A stretch of 64,000 bases of DNA from Myxococcota bacterium. GTDB lineage: Bacteria > Myxococcota_A > UBA9160 > UBA4427. The number at the start of each line of letters is the position of its first letter. Position 1 is the first letter of the stretch. Made by a program: the position numbers and the translations under genes. The stretch spans positions 352,001 through 416,000 of the forward strand of contig OZ252299.1 in the NCBI GenBank assembly GCA_965250285.1. Direction: 5' to 3'. This document shows positions 10,720-22,096 of the stretch, in pieces. The notes below the pieces were generated by a model. That model saw nothing but the letters and a program-made list of their open reading frames with translations. It was not told the origin of the DNA and did not search any database.

Positions 10720-10758
10720 CGTGCGATCACCCCGTTGCTTCGAATGCGCTCCGCCGGG

Positions 10759-11619
10759 TCAGGGCAGCTCGTCGAGCCAGGCCGCATCGACGAACCAGCG
10801 TGCTCGCAGCTCCTCGAGCAGACCCGTGCCCTCGAGCAGGTTCACGTAGTTCTGCACGAGGTTCGTGAACAGCGGGTCGTTCGCGGGCAGGGCGATGCCG
10901 ATCGGTTCGAAGTTGAACGGCGAGCTCAGGCTGATGAGCCCGGCGTCGGGGTTGCGAAAGACCGAGATCACGCAGATCGGGAAGTCGGCCACGAGCGCGT
11001 CGACCTTGTCGTCGATCACCGCCTGCACGGCATCGTCATACGACTGAACGCTCGTCAGCTGGGCCTCGGGGGTCACCTCCTGCACGAAGCGCTCGCTCGT
11101 CGAGCCGGCGAGGGCCGCCAGACGTACGGTGCCCTTGTTGATGTCGCCCGAATCCTGCGAGTTCGCGAGCGTGTCGTCCTTCGTCAAGATCGCCTTGCCC
11201 GAGACGAAGTACGGGCCGACGAAGCCGACCTTCATGTTGCGCTCGGGGGTCATCGTGAGGCCCGACATCACCATGTCGACTTCACCCGCATCGAGCGCGT
11301 TCAACAGGGTGCCGAAGGGCCGCTGCACGAGCTCGAGATCGACACCCAGCGAATTGGCGAGCGCGCGGGCCAGGTCGACCTCGAGGCCGATCAGCTCGCC
11401 GCTCTTGTTGACGACGTTGAAGGGCGGCTGGTCGCCGCTCATGCCGACGCGCAGGGTGCCGCGCTCGACGATCGCCGCCAGCACCGGGGCGTTCGAGGCG
11501 TCGGACGAAGGGCCGCCGTTGCCACCGGTCGAGGTGCATGCGGTGAGACCCATCGCGACGAGGGCCAGGGCGACGACGAGCAGGCGCTGGACGGTCGAGG
11601 GGACCATCTTCGACATCAT
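10759..11619 (-). CDS. Polar amino-acid ABC-type substrate-binding lipoprotein (SBP family 3)
   Basis: Lipobox LTAC; GTLRVGMSGDQPPF, GLEVDLARALA, DMVMSGLTMTPER, FVGPYF. Confidence 0.9.
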   Translation of the reverse strand: MMSKMVPSTVQRLLVVALALVAMGLTACTSTGGNGGPSSDASNAPVLAAIVERGTLRVGMSGDQPPFNVVNKSGELIGLEVDLARALANSLGVDLELVQRPFGTLLNALDAGEVDMVMSGLTMTPERNMKVGFVGPYFVSGKAILTKDDTLANSQDSGDINKGTVRLAALAGSTSERFVQEVTPEAQLTSVQSYDDAVQAVIDDKVDALVADFPICVISVFRNPDAGLISLSSPFNFEPIGIALPANDPLFTNLVQNYVNLLEGTGLLEELRARWFVDAAWLDELP

Positions 11620-11932
11620 GATTCGATTACTCCTGAGCCGGAAACACGGCGGAATGCGCTCGCGTCGTTTCCCGGTGAGGGGGTCATGCGGACCGGGGCG
11701 CCAGCGGTGGCGCGCCGCGCCGTTCGGGGAGAGCGGTCTGGATGCACGCCGCACCCCGAGGGCTGCGCGGGTGTAGCAGCCGGGCTCGGGCGACACAAGC
11801 GAGCCGGCTCAGGGTGCGCGCAGGGCCGTTCGGCCGGGCCCTCGGCTGCACGCGCCGAGGTGGGCGCGTTTGCGATCGTTTCGCTGCGCCGGCTCGCGAC
11901 CAAAGCGGCGGCGCGCCCGGGCGCAGGTTTGC

Positions 11933-12820
11933 TCAGCTCTGCCCCTGTTCGCGCAGCGCCCGCTGGCGGAGCGAGGCCGCCGACTTCGGGCCCTGATCCG
12001 CCGAGCGAAGCAGGATCGACTGGCTGCTGTGGCCGATCGGCCCCTTCGCATCGTGGACGAACGCGAGCGCGGTGCCGGCGCCCTCGCCACCGTAGTGGAT
12101 CAGCCCGTCGAGTCCGACCCACTCGCCTTCGAGCGGGCGATGCAGATTCACGCTCGTATCGGGATTGATCGCGCTGAAAGCCCGCGCCGGCGGAATGCCG
12201 CCGCTGCGGAACGTCCGCGAAATGAACGAGCAGGAGTAGGTCCAGTCGGCGACGAGCGCGGTGCGCACGAAGGGCGAGAGCGTCTCGCCCTCGACGAGCG
12301 GCAAGCGCATGCGAAACCAGATCGCCGGTCGCTCGGCGCCCTGGACCGGCTGGAAGTCGACCGCCTGATGGAACGCCGGCGGCATCGGCTCGTCGCTCTG
12401 CGGGATGAACGAGCCCGACCACTCGGGATCGGGCGCCGGCATCGGCAGCCCCGTGCCGTACGACGTCGGCTCCTCGGCCGTATCGATCTCGGAGACGCGC
12501 AGGCGCATCGCCGTCGCGCGCGCACACACCCGGCCGTCGGCCTCGATGCGCGCCTCGACCAGCTCACTGCTCCGGCCGGCGTGGAAGATCTCGGTCGGCG
12601 TTTCGAGCGGCGTGAGCGGCGCCGCCCGCATCATGTCGACGGTGAAGCGCGTCACCTGAAACTCGCCTTCGCTCGGGACGCCCTCGATGGCGCGCGCCAG
12701 CAGCCCGAGCATGGCGCTCCCGTGCATCGTGCCCTCGTACCACGGGCCGGTGGCCAGTGGCTGCGGAATCCAGCGCGCCCCGTCGCGGGCGAAAATGAAG
12801 GGCGGAACATCGGCGGGCAT
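11933..12820 (-). CDS. Acyl-CoA thioesterase-like double-hotdog protein
   Basis: GPWYEGTMHGSAMLGLLARAIE, RFTVDMMRAAP, INPDTSVNLHRP; GGAGA RBS before ATG 12820. Confidence 0.85.
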   Translation of the reverse strand: MPADVPPFIFARDGARWIPQPLATGPWYEGTMHGSAMLGLLARAIEGVPSEGEFQVTRFTVDMMRAAPLTPLETPTEIFHAGRSSELVEARIEADGRVCARATAMRLRVSEIDTAEEPTSYGTGLPMPAPDPEWSGSFIPQSDEPMPPAFHQAVDFQPVQGAERPAIWFRMRLPLVEGETLSPFVRTALVADWTYSCSFISRTFRSGGIPPARAFSAINPDTSVNLHRPLEGEWVGLDGLIHYGGEGAGTALAFVHDAKGPIGHSSQSILLRSADQGPKSAASLRQRALREQGQS

Positions 12821-12909
12821 GGGTTCTCCGTGGGCTCGCCCACTCGAACGACGACGGCGCGCCCCGGTCGAGTCGGTGCGTCGGCGCCGCTTCGGGCACG
12901 GGTCGGGCT

Positions 12910-13353
12910 TCAGGGCGCTTCGTGGATGGCGCCGCGCGCGCCAGGCGCGCGGTGGCCGAGGTTCGAATCGTAGACGAGAACGCGGGCGGCGGCCGGTGCC
13001 AACACCTCGCGGCCGGCTCGCACGTGGTCGGGATGTGCGAGATACGTCTCGAGGGCGGCCCGGTCGCGCAGCACCACGACGATCGACAGGTCGAAGCTGT
13101 CGTCGACGATCGGTCGGTCGCTCTCGATGGGTCCACCCACGAGCACCTGCTCGACGCCGTCGATCGACTCGAAGCCGAGCGAGGCGTGCACGAGGGCGGC
13201 TCGCGCTTCTGAGTCGTCGGGATCGTTCAGCCATACGATCACGACGTGCGCCACGCCGGGCTCGCCGGGCGGCGGCGCCGCGCAGGCGCCGAGCACGAGC
13301 GAGGTCAGGACCGCGGTGGCAATGAGCCGCGCGCGGCGCGCCACGCCGTTCAT
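12910..13353 (-). CDS. Dabb (stress-responsive A/B barrel) lipoprotein
   Basis: Lipobox LGAC; VAHVVIVWL...ALETYLAHPDHV...VLVYD. Confidence 0.8.
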   Translation of the reverse strand: MNGVARRARLIATAVLTSLVLGACAAPPPGEPGVAHVVIVWLNDPDDSEARAALVHASLGFESIDGVEQVLVGGPIESDRPIVDDSFDLSIVVVLRDRAALETYLAHPDHVRAGREVLAPAAARVLVYDSNLGHRAPGARGAIHEAP

Positions 13354-14357
13354 GAAGCCTCTCCGCCGGGCGCAATGATGATGGCCTCGTCGCGCAGCGC
13401 CTTCGTGAACTCGAGGAGCGCAGCCTGCTCGCGTTCGCGCTCGACGCGGCTGCGCACCTCGGTCTCGACCTCGGCAAGCGGTGGATCGACCGCGGGCCGC
13501 GCGTCGCTCACGAAGACGAAGTGCTGTCCGAAGCTCGACGCGATCGGGCCAACGAAGGCCCCCGGTTCGGCCTCGAACGCGCCGCGCGCGAAGTCGTGGC
13601 CGAAGCGGCGCGCGAGCTCGTCTTCGCTCGTGCCGCGCACGCGCACGGGCAGCAGGGAGGGGTCGCCGAGCTCGACGGCGTCGTCGGGCGAGAGACCCGG
13701 GCTGCGCAGCTGCTCGCCGACCTCACGCGCCACGGCATCGAGCGCGTCGCCGTGGCGGTCGCGGCTCAGATAGATCTGCGTGAGATCGCGGCGCGCTGGT
13801 CGCTCGAACAGTTCGGGGTTCGCTTGGAGGAACGCTTCGAGCTCGGCGTTCGACGGGGGGTCACGGCGCGACGCTTCGGCCACGGCGAGGCGCACGCGTT
13901 CGCGCAGGCGGCGCTGCACGACGATGTCCGTCTCGTCCATGCCCTGCTCGTATGCTCGGGCGAGCAGGGCCGCGTCGTCGGCCGACGCATCGGTTTCGAG
14001 AAAACGCTGGTTCTGGATCAGCCGCCGCTGCACGACGGGGTCGGTGCGGTGCCAGCCGCGCCGTCGCGCTTCGGCGACGAGCAGCCGGTCATCGATCTCG
14101 CGGTCGATCAGGTGGCGGCGCAGCGCCGCATTGGGTGCACGCCCGGTCTGTTGGGCGAAGGTGATCTCGAGCGCCTGAACGTCGGCATCGCTCAGCACGA
14201 TCGTCGGACCGTCGGGCGCGTCGTCGAAGATGCCCGCGGCGGAGTAGATCAGCCCACCCGCAAAGAGGAAGGCGACGCCGCGCACCCACGGTCGCGCGAG
14301 CCACGGCCGCGTCGGCGCTTCGCCTCGCTCGCGCACGGTGTCTCCGCGATCGCTCAC
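13350..14357 (-). CDS. PpiC/SurA-like rotamase-domain protein
   Basis: N-terminal TM, LVAEARRRGWHRTDPVVQRRLIQ, GPIASSFGQHFV; GTG start overlaps DUF3604 stop (GTGA). Confidence 0.75.
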   Translation of the reverse strand: MSDRGDTVRERGEAPTRPWLARPWVRGVAFLFAGGLIYSAAGIFDDAPDGPTIVLSDADVQALEITFAQQTGRAPNAALRRHLIDREIDDRLLVAEARRRGWHRTDPVVQRRLIQNQRFLETDASADDAALLARAYEQGMDETDIVVQRRLRERVRLAVAEASRRDPPSNAELEAFLQANPELFERPARRDLTQIYLSRDRHGDALDAVAREVGEQLRSPGLSPDDAVELGDPSLLPVRVRGTSEDELARRFGHDFARGAFEAEPGAFVGPIASSFGQHFVFVSDARPAVDPPLAEVETEVRSRVEREREQAALLEFTKALRDEAIIIAPGGEAS

Positions 14358-16312
14358 GGCGTCCCGGTGCCGACCCAGATCGGCGACGTCCAGGCCCGCT
14401 GCTGGATCGTCTTCGCGTGTTCGGGGGCGCAGCAGTCCTCGTAGCCGGGCGGCACCGAGCGCGCGGCGCCGTCGCATACGACGCCGGCCTCGCGGCAGAC
14501 CCTCTGGCTCCAGCGGCAGGTCGGGTTCTCGATCACGCGCGCATAGTAGAAGGCGGGCTCGCCCGGATCGAACGCATCGTCGGTCCAGACGGCGCACAGC
14601 TCGCGCGCGCCCCGGCCCTCGGGCTCGCAGGTCATCGTGTCGACCGTCGCGCCGTTCTCGCCGCCCGCGACGTCGACGACACGCTCGCGCAGCTCGTCGC
14701 CATCGAGCCAGCCCTTCACGATCTGGATGCGCTGCAGGTCGGTGCCTTCCGCCCCAGGTACCCCGGCGTCGGCCCGTGCCGAGACGAGGAACCTCAGCGG
14801 GGCGGTCGCTTCGGGGGGCGACTCGAGCTTGCCGCCCATGGGCATCCCACCCGCGTAGGCGCGAGCGACCCGGTCGCTCGCATCGCACAGATCTTCGGGC
14901 AGGTCGTAGCCGCCGAAGAGGCGGGCTTCGATGCGCGGGCCGCTCGTACCGTACGTTTCGCGGCGCTTCAGCGCAGCGAAGATCGAGCTGCGTGAGTTCT
15001 CTTCGGCCCAGACGACCGCGAGCCCCCCCGGCCCGAAGTCGATCGCATCGGGCAGGCCGCCGTCCATCGTCTGGTCGGGGGGCTTGCCCGCGCCGCCGTG
15101 GCCGGGGAAGGAGGCGCTCTGCTCGACGAGGCCCGGCGTGCCGAGGTGCGTATCGGTGCTCGCGATGATTCCGTACTCGAACGGGTTCACGCCGAGGCGC
15201 TGCTCCTGAGCGAGGCCCTCCTGCAGCACGTGTCGCACGAACATCCGCGGCACATGTTCGCCGTTCTGCCATGGCAGGAACCGCGCGCCCATGGTCGTCG
15301 TGTCGAGCTTCTCGAAGCCGCACAGCTCGTCGTTCGTGCCGACGCCGGTGCGGCACTCGCTGTCGCCCTTGTGCTGCATGATCTCGACGAGGCGTTCGAG
15401 TCGGTGACGTTTCGAGGCGATGTCGACATCGATCGGCTGCCCGGCATCGTCTTCGATCGCGAACATGTAGCCGCCGCCGAGGTTCGAGTTGTGGGGGATG
15501 ACGATGACGTCGCAATCGATGTCGGCGCCGGTGCAGTCGCGCTCGAGCGCGTCCCAGAGCCCCTCGGGCTCGGGCTCGTCGATGGCCGAGGTCGGCAGCT
15601 CGGGCACCGCGTCGTTTGCGAAGATGACGTTGCGGTGCATGTTCGCCGAGGTCGATCCCTTCTGACCCGTCCACTCGTAGGCTGTGAACGCCGTGAACGT
15701 GCACGCGTCGCTGCGATCGGTCGCGGCATCGGCGGCGCGCTGCATCTCCTGCCACGGCCCTCGGGAGGCCTCGATGCAGAGCTCGCCATTCTCGCCGCAG
15801 AAGGCCGGGCGATCGCCCATGCTCGCCTGCAGGTTCATCAGGAAGAACGCGGCCCGGGGCCACCAGCGGTAGATGCGGCACTGGATCGACGTGTACCCGG
15901 CGAGGTCGGGGTCGGTGCAGTGCTCGAGCTCGCCGAAGACCTCGGCGTGATCGGTGACGGCCGCGAAGTCGAGCGGGCGCGAGAGCTGAACGTGGCGGAG
16001 CGGGTTGCCGTCGTCGTCGTGCGGTTGGATGCCGATGCGTTCGCCTCGGGCGAAGCGGTACGCCTCCTCGGGGCCGTTGCGGGTATCCATGGTCGAGGCG
16101 TCGAGCGAGTAGCGCGTGTGCACGTGCAGGTCGCCGAAGAGCGGCTGCCGGTCGGGCGTGTGGTTCGCGCAGACGCCGAGCTCGACGTCGGTCTCGTTGA
16201 TGTCGCCGGTGATGAGCTCGCTCGTCACGGCGAGCGCATGGGTGGCGACGCAGCTGAGCAACGCGACGAGCAGAGCGCTTACGGCGGCGCGCGGGGCTTT
16301 CGATCGGGGCAT
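14354..16312 (-). CDS. DUF3604 domain secreted protein (PHP-like metal-binding fold)
   Basis: Signal peptide; FGDLHVHTRYSLDA, LDFAAVTDHAE, NMHRNVIF, IPHNSN, VEIMQHKGDSEC, STDTH, RAWTSPIW. Confidence 0.88.
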   Translation of the reverse strand: MPRSKAPRAAVSALLVALLSCVATHALAVTSELITGDINETDVELGVCANHTPDRQPLFGDLHVHTRYSLDASTMDTRNGPEEAYRFARGERIGIQPHDDDGNPLRHVQLSRPLDFAAVTDHAEVFGELEHCTDPDLAGYTSIQCRIYRWWPRAAFFLMNLQASMGDRPAFCGENGELCIEASRGPWQEMQRAADAATDRSDACTFTAFTAYEWTGQKGSTSANMHRNVIFANDAVPELPTSAIDEPEPEGLWDALERDCTGADIDCDVIVIPHNSNLGGGYMFAIEDDAGQPIDVDIASKRHRLERLVEIMQHKGDSECRTGVGTNDELCGFEKLDTTTMGARFLPWQNGEHVPRMFVRHVLQEGLAQEQRLGVNPFEYGIIASTDTHLGTPGLVEQSASFPGHGGAGKPPDQTMDGGLPDAIDFGPGGLAVVWAEENSRSSIFAALKRRETYGTSGPRIEARLFGGYDLPEDLCDASDRVARAYAGGMPMGGKLESPPEATAPLRFLVSARADAGVPGAEGTDLQRIQIVKGWLDGDELRERVVDVAGGENGATVDTMTCEPEGRGARELCAVWTDDAFDPGEPAFYYARVIENPTCRWSQRVCREAGVVCDGAARSVPPGYEDCCAPEHAKTIQQRAWTSPIWVGTGTP

Positions 16313-16331
16313 GGGGCGGGCCGTCTCCGGG

Positions 16332-17750
<1,419 letters not shown>

Positions 17751-17768
17751 TCAGGGCGAGCCTGAAGC

Positions 17769-20700
17769 TCAGCCGACGAAGCGTCGCGCGTTGCGGAACA
17801 GACGCATCCACGGCCCATCCTCTTCTTCGGTCGAGGGGTGCCACGAGTGCTGCACGGTGCGGAACACGCGCTCGGGGTGCGGCATGAAGATCGTTGCGCG
17901 GCCGTCGGTCGACGTAACGCCCGTGAGGCCGGCTCTCGAGCCGTTGGGGTTGTCGGGATAGCGCTCGGTCGGTGCACCCCGGTGGTCGACGTAGCGCGCG
18001 CTCTCGAGGCCCTCGTTCGACAGCGCGGCAGCGGCCGCCGCGCTGCGGTGCTCGACCCGGCCCTCGCCGTGCGCGACGGGCACCAGCAGGCGAGACCCCG
18101 CCATGTCGGCGAAGAGCACCGAGGGGCTCTCGAGCAGCTCGACGGTGACGAGCCGGGCCTCGAACTGCTCGGATCGGTTGCGTACGAAGCGCGGCCAGTG
18201 GCTGGCGCCCGGGATCAGCTCGTAGAGGTTCGAGAGCATCTGGCAGCCGTTGCAGATGCCGAGCGAGAAGGTGTCGGGGCGCTCGAAGAACGCTGCGAAT
18301 GCGTCTCGGGTCGCCGGGTGGAAGAGCACCGACTTGGCCCAGCCCTCGCCGGCCCCGAGCACGTCGCCGTAGCTGAACCCCCCGCATGCGACGAGCCCCT
18401 TGAAGTCGGCGAGGTGGCGCCGTCCCTCGAGCAGGTCACTCATGTGGACGTCGATCGCTTCGAAGCCGGCCCGGTCGAAGGCCGCGGCCATCTCGACGTG
18501 ACCGTTCACGCCCTGCTCACGCAGAATCGCCATGGGCGGTCGCACACCGGTCGCGACGAAGGGCGCGGCGACGTCCTCGCTCGGGTCGAACGTCGTCGTC
18601 GGCGTGAGGCCGGGATCGTCGAGGTCGAGTCGCGCCGCGTGTTCTTCTTCGGCGCACTCGGGGTCGTCGCGCAGCGCCTGCATGCGGCGTGTCGTCTCGC
18701 TCCAGAGGTCGCGCAGGGCGTCGCGGCCGCGTTCGAAGAGGATGCGGTCGCCGCTTCGCACGCGCACTCGATCGTCGCCGGTCGGTCGCCCGATCCAGTG
18801 CGATGCCTCCGCAAGCTCGTGCCGAGCCAGCAGCGCTTCGACGGCCTCGACGTCGCCTTCCCGCACCTGCAGGACGGCGCCGAGCTCCTCGCAGAACAGC
18901 GCCGCGAGACCGTCGTCGCCCAGGGCCTCGAGGTCGACGTCGACGCCGCAGCCCCCGGCGAAGGCCATCTCGCACAGCGTCGCGAAGAGACCGCCGTCGC
19001 TGCGGTCGTGATACGCGAGCACCTGTCGCGCTTCGTTCGCGGCGTGGACCGCATCGAAGAACGCGCGCAGCGCCTCGGGGCGGTCGACGTCGGGCGCCGC
19101 GTCGGCGACGCCACCATAGACCTGGGCCAGCGCCGAGCCGCCGAGTCGATGCTGGCCGAAGCCGAGATCGATCAGCAGCAGGCGCGTCGCGCCCGCGTCG
19201 CTCTGGATCTCGGGCGTGAGAGACCGGCGCGCATCCGATACCGGCGCGAAGGCCGAGACGATCAGCGAGATCGGACTCGTCACGCTTTGCTCGCCGCGCT
19301 CGTCGTCCCAGACCGTGCGCATCGAGAGCGAGTCCTTGCCGACGGGCACCGCGATGCCCAGCGCCGGACCGAGCTCGAGACCGACGGCGCGGACGGCGTC
19401 GTACAGGCCAGCGTCCTCGCCCGGTGCGCCGGCGGGCGCCATCCAGTTGCACGAGAGGCGCACATGGCGCGTGCTCGGGATCGACGCCGACGCCAGATTC
19501 GTGAGCGCCTCGCCGATCGCCATGCGCGCCGCGGCGGCGGGATCGAGCAGCGCTACGGGCGTGCGTTCGCCCACGGCCATCGCCTCGCCGACGACGCCGT
19601 CGAAGTCGGCGAGGGTAACCGCGGCGTCGGCGACCGGAACCTGCCACGGGCCCACCATCTGATCGCGCGCGATCAGGCCGGTCACGGTGCGATCGCCGAT
19701 CGAGATGAGGAACGTCTTGTCGCCGACGGTGGGCAGCTGCAGCACGCGTGCGGCGGCGTCGTCGATCTCGATGGTGTCGCGCGGGAGCGGGTCGGGCGTG
19801 AACGCCACGCGCGTCACGTCGCGCTCCATCTTCGGCGGCTTGCCGAGGAGCACCTCGAGCGGCAGGTCGATCGGTGTGTCGCCGAAGTGCGCGTCGGTGA
19901 CGACGAGCTGGCCGTCGTCGGTCGCCTCGCCCACCACGGCGAAGGGGCAGCGTTCGCGCGCGCAGATGGCCTCGAACTCGTCGAGCCGATCGGCCGCGAT
20001 CCCGAGCACGTAGCGTTCCTGGCTCTCGTTGCACCACAGCTCGAGCGGGGTCATGCCCGGCTCGTCGTTCGGCACTTCACGCAGCTCGAAGCGCGCGCCC
20101 CGCCCGCTGTCGTGCACCAGCTCGGGCAGCGCGTTCGACAGGCCCCCTGCGCCGACGTCGTGGATGGCGATGATCGGGTTGTGCTCGCCGCGCGCCCAGC
20201 AGCCGTCGATCACCTCCTGGCAGCGTCGCTCCATCTCGGGGTTGCCGCGCTGCACCGAAGCGAAGTCGAGGTCTTCGGCGCTGTCGCCGCTCGCCATCGA
20301 GCTCGCGGCGCCGCCGCCCAGTCCGATCAGCATCGCGGGGCCGCCGAGCACGACGATCTTGCCGCCGGGCGGGATCGTGCCCTTGTCGACGTCCCCCGGC
20401 CGCACGTTGCCGAGCCCGCCGGCCAGCATGATCGGCTTGTGATAGCCGCGCACCGCGCGACCCCAAGGGCCGGGCACCTCGGCTTCGAACGCGCGGAAGT
20501 AGCCCGCGATGTTCGGCCGGCCGAACTCGTTGTTGAACGCGGCGCCGCCGATCGGTCCCTCGAGCATGATGTCGAGGGCCGAGGCGATGCGGGCCGGCTT
20601 GCCGTGATCGACCTCCCACGGCTGCTCGGCGCCGGGGATGCGCAAATTCGAGACCGAGAAGCCGGTGAGGCCGGCCTTCGGCTTGCCCCCGCGGCCGGTC

Positions 20701-21665
20701 GCGCCCTCGTCACGAATCTCGCCCCCCGATCCCGTTGCGGCGCCCGGGAACGGCGAGATGGCCGTCGGGTGATTGTGCGTCTCGACCTTCATCAGGATGT
20801 GCGCAGGCTCGGCATGCCGGCCATAGATGCCGGTCGCGGGATCGACGAAGAAGCGTTCGGCCTCGTGTCCGGCCATCACGGCTGCGTTGTCCGAGTAGGC
20901 CGAGAGCACGCCGTCGGGCGACTGGTTCGTCGTATTGCGGATCATCTGAAACAGCGACTGCGTCTGTGCTTCGCCGTCGATCTTCCAGTCGGCGTTGAAG
21001 ATCTTGTGCCGGCAGTGTTCGCTGTTTGCCTGGGCGAACATCATGAGCTCGACGTCGGCCGGGTTGCGTCCGAGCTCTCGAAACGCGTCGGCGAGGTAGT
21101 CGATCTCGTCGGGCGCGAGCGCGAGACCGAGCTCCTTGTCGGCCTGCGCGAGGGCCTCGCGGCCGCTGCCGATCACGTCGACCTGGCCGAAGGGCTTGGG
21201 GCTGTGCTCTTCGAAGAGGGTCTCGGCGCGGGTGATGTCGCCCGCGACCGTCTCGGTCATGCGGTCGTGCAGCGCTTCGGCGAGCACCGAGAGGTCGCGC
21301 TCGTCGAGGTCGCCTTCGGCGTGCCAAGCGATGCCGCGCTCGATGCGTGCGACGGCGTCGAGCCCGCAGATGTGGGCGATGTCGGTTGCCTTGGACGACC
21401 ACGGCGAGATCGTGCCCACCCGTGGCAGCACCAGGAGCAGCGAGCCGGCGTCGCCGGCCCCGGCCTCGTCTTCGGGCGTCGGGCCGTAGCGGAGCAGGGC
21501 TTCGAGCACCTGCTGCTCATAGGCGTCGAGGTCGCGGTCCAGCTGCACGAAGTGCATGAAGCGGGCGGAGAGTCGCTCGAGCTTCGGGATGCGGGCCGAG
21601 AGCGACCGAAAGGTCCGCTCGAGGCGCGCGGGGGTCAGGGCGTCCGCGCCGCTCAGGTGGAGCAT
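17769..21665 (-). CDS. purL: Phosphoribosylformylglycinamidine synthase, large fused type
   Basis: [50 protein letters not shown], glutaminase [20 protein letters not shown]. Confidence 0.97.
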   Translation of the reverse strand: MLHLSGADALTPARLERTFRSLSARIPKLERLSARFMHFVQLDRDLDAYEQQVLEALLRYGPTPEDEAGAGDAGSLLLVLPRVGTISPWSSKATDIAHICGLDAVARIERGIAWHAEGDLDERDLSVLAEALHDRMTETVAGDITRAETLFEEHSPKPFGQVDVIGSGREALAQADKELGLALAPDEIDYLADAFRELGRNPADVELMMFAQANSEHCRHKIFNADWKIDGEAQTQSLFQMIRNTTNQSPDGVLSAYSDNAAVMAGHEAERFFVDPATGIYGRHAEPAHILMKVETHNHPTAISPFPGAATGSGGEIRDEGATGRGGKPKAGLTGFSVSNLRIPGAEQPWEVDHGKPARIASALDIMLEGPIGGAAFNNEFGRPNIAGYFRAFEAEVPGPWGRAVRGYHKPIMLAGGLGNVRPGDVDKGTIPPGGKIVVLGGPAMLIGLGGGAASSMASGDSAEDLDFASVQRGNPEMERRCQEVIDGCWARGEHNPIIAIHDVGAGGLSNALPELVHDSGRGARFELREVPNDEPGMTPLELWCNESQERYVLGIAADRLDEFEAICARERCPFAVVGEATDDGQLVVTDAHFGDTPIDLPLEVLLGKPPKMERDVTRVAFTPDPLPRDTIEIDDAAARVLQLPTVGDKTFLISIGDRTVTGLIARDQMVGPWQVPVADAAVTLADFDGVVGEAMAVGERTPVALLDPAAAARMAIGEALTNLASASIPSTRHVRLSCNWMAPAGAPGEDAGLYDAVRAVGLELGPALGIAVPVGKDSLSMRTVWDDERGEQSVTSPISLIVSAFAPVSDARRSLTPEIQSDAGATRLLLIDLGFGQHRLGGSALAQVYGGVADAAPDVDRPEALRAFFDAVHAANEARQVLAYHDRSDGGLFATLCEMAFAGGCGVDVDLEALGDDGLAALFCEELGAVLQVREGDVEAVEALLARHELAEASHWIGRPTGDDRVRVRSGDRILFERGRDALRDLWSETTRRMQALRDDPECAEEEHAARLDLDDPGLTPTTTFDPSEDVAAPFVATGVRPPMAILREQGVNGHVEMAAAFDRAGFEAIDVHMSDLLEGRRHLADFKGLVACGGFSYGDVLGAGEGWAKSVLFHPATRDAFAAFFERPDTFSLGICNGCQMLSNLYELIPGASHWPRFVRNRSEQFEARLVTVELLESPSVLFADMAGSRLLVPVAHGEGRVEHRSAAAAAALSNEGLESARYVDHRGAPTERYPDNPNGSRAGLTGVTSTDGRATIFMPHPERVFRTVQHSWHPSTEEEDGPWMRLFRNARRFVG

Positions 21666-21924
21666 CGGGGCCTCGCTCGTCCGCCGGTCATGGCGGGCCT
21701 CGCGCTGGGGGAGCGGGCCCGGTCCGTCCGGCATCCCGCCGACTCTTGAATCGGCGGGCAGGGGGTTCGCAACGCCGCCCGGTTGAAACACCTCGGCCCG
21801 TCGTCGGCCCCGCCGGGTGGCTCGGCGGCGGGCTCGCGTCGGGTCGGCGCTCGGCGCCGGGTGGGGCTGTGGGGATGCAACGCGGGCAGTCTACCGCTTC
21901 ACGCGGCGGCTTTCAGCCGGCGGC

Positions 21925-21956
21925 GGTGCACCTCGCGATGGGTGCACCTCGCGATG
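21925..21956. repeat. Perfect 16-bp tandem duplication (GGTGCACCTCGCGATG x2)
   Basis: Copies at 21925-21940 and 21941-21956 in the divergent purL/nucleotidase intergenic region. Confidence 0.85.
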
Positions 21957-22096
21957 GCGGCTGCGCCGCCGCGCGACTTCATGGCAGCCCCCAAAGGGAT
22001 TCGGCATCGTCCCGCCTTCGAAGCGTCCTGGCCCGCGGCGGTGAGGCCGGGGGACCCGAGCACGGCACGAGCGGACACGCGAAAGGAAGAGCAGGC

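Noticed and set aside
9055..12168. 1037-aa plus-strand ORF
   Set aside because: Antisense to the SBP and membrane-protein genes; no recognisable domain.
13350..15881. 843-aa ORF as a single protein
   Set aside because: The N-terminal ~500 aa is Arg-rich off-frame translation of DUF3604; the real gene starts near 14357.
17838..21749. 1303-aa plus-strand ORF
   Set aside because: Antisense shadow of purL caused by high-GC codon bias; no motifs.
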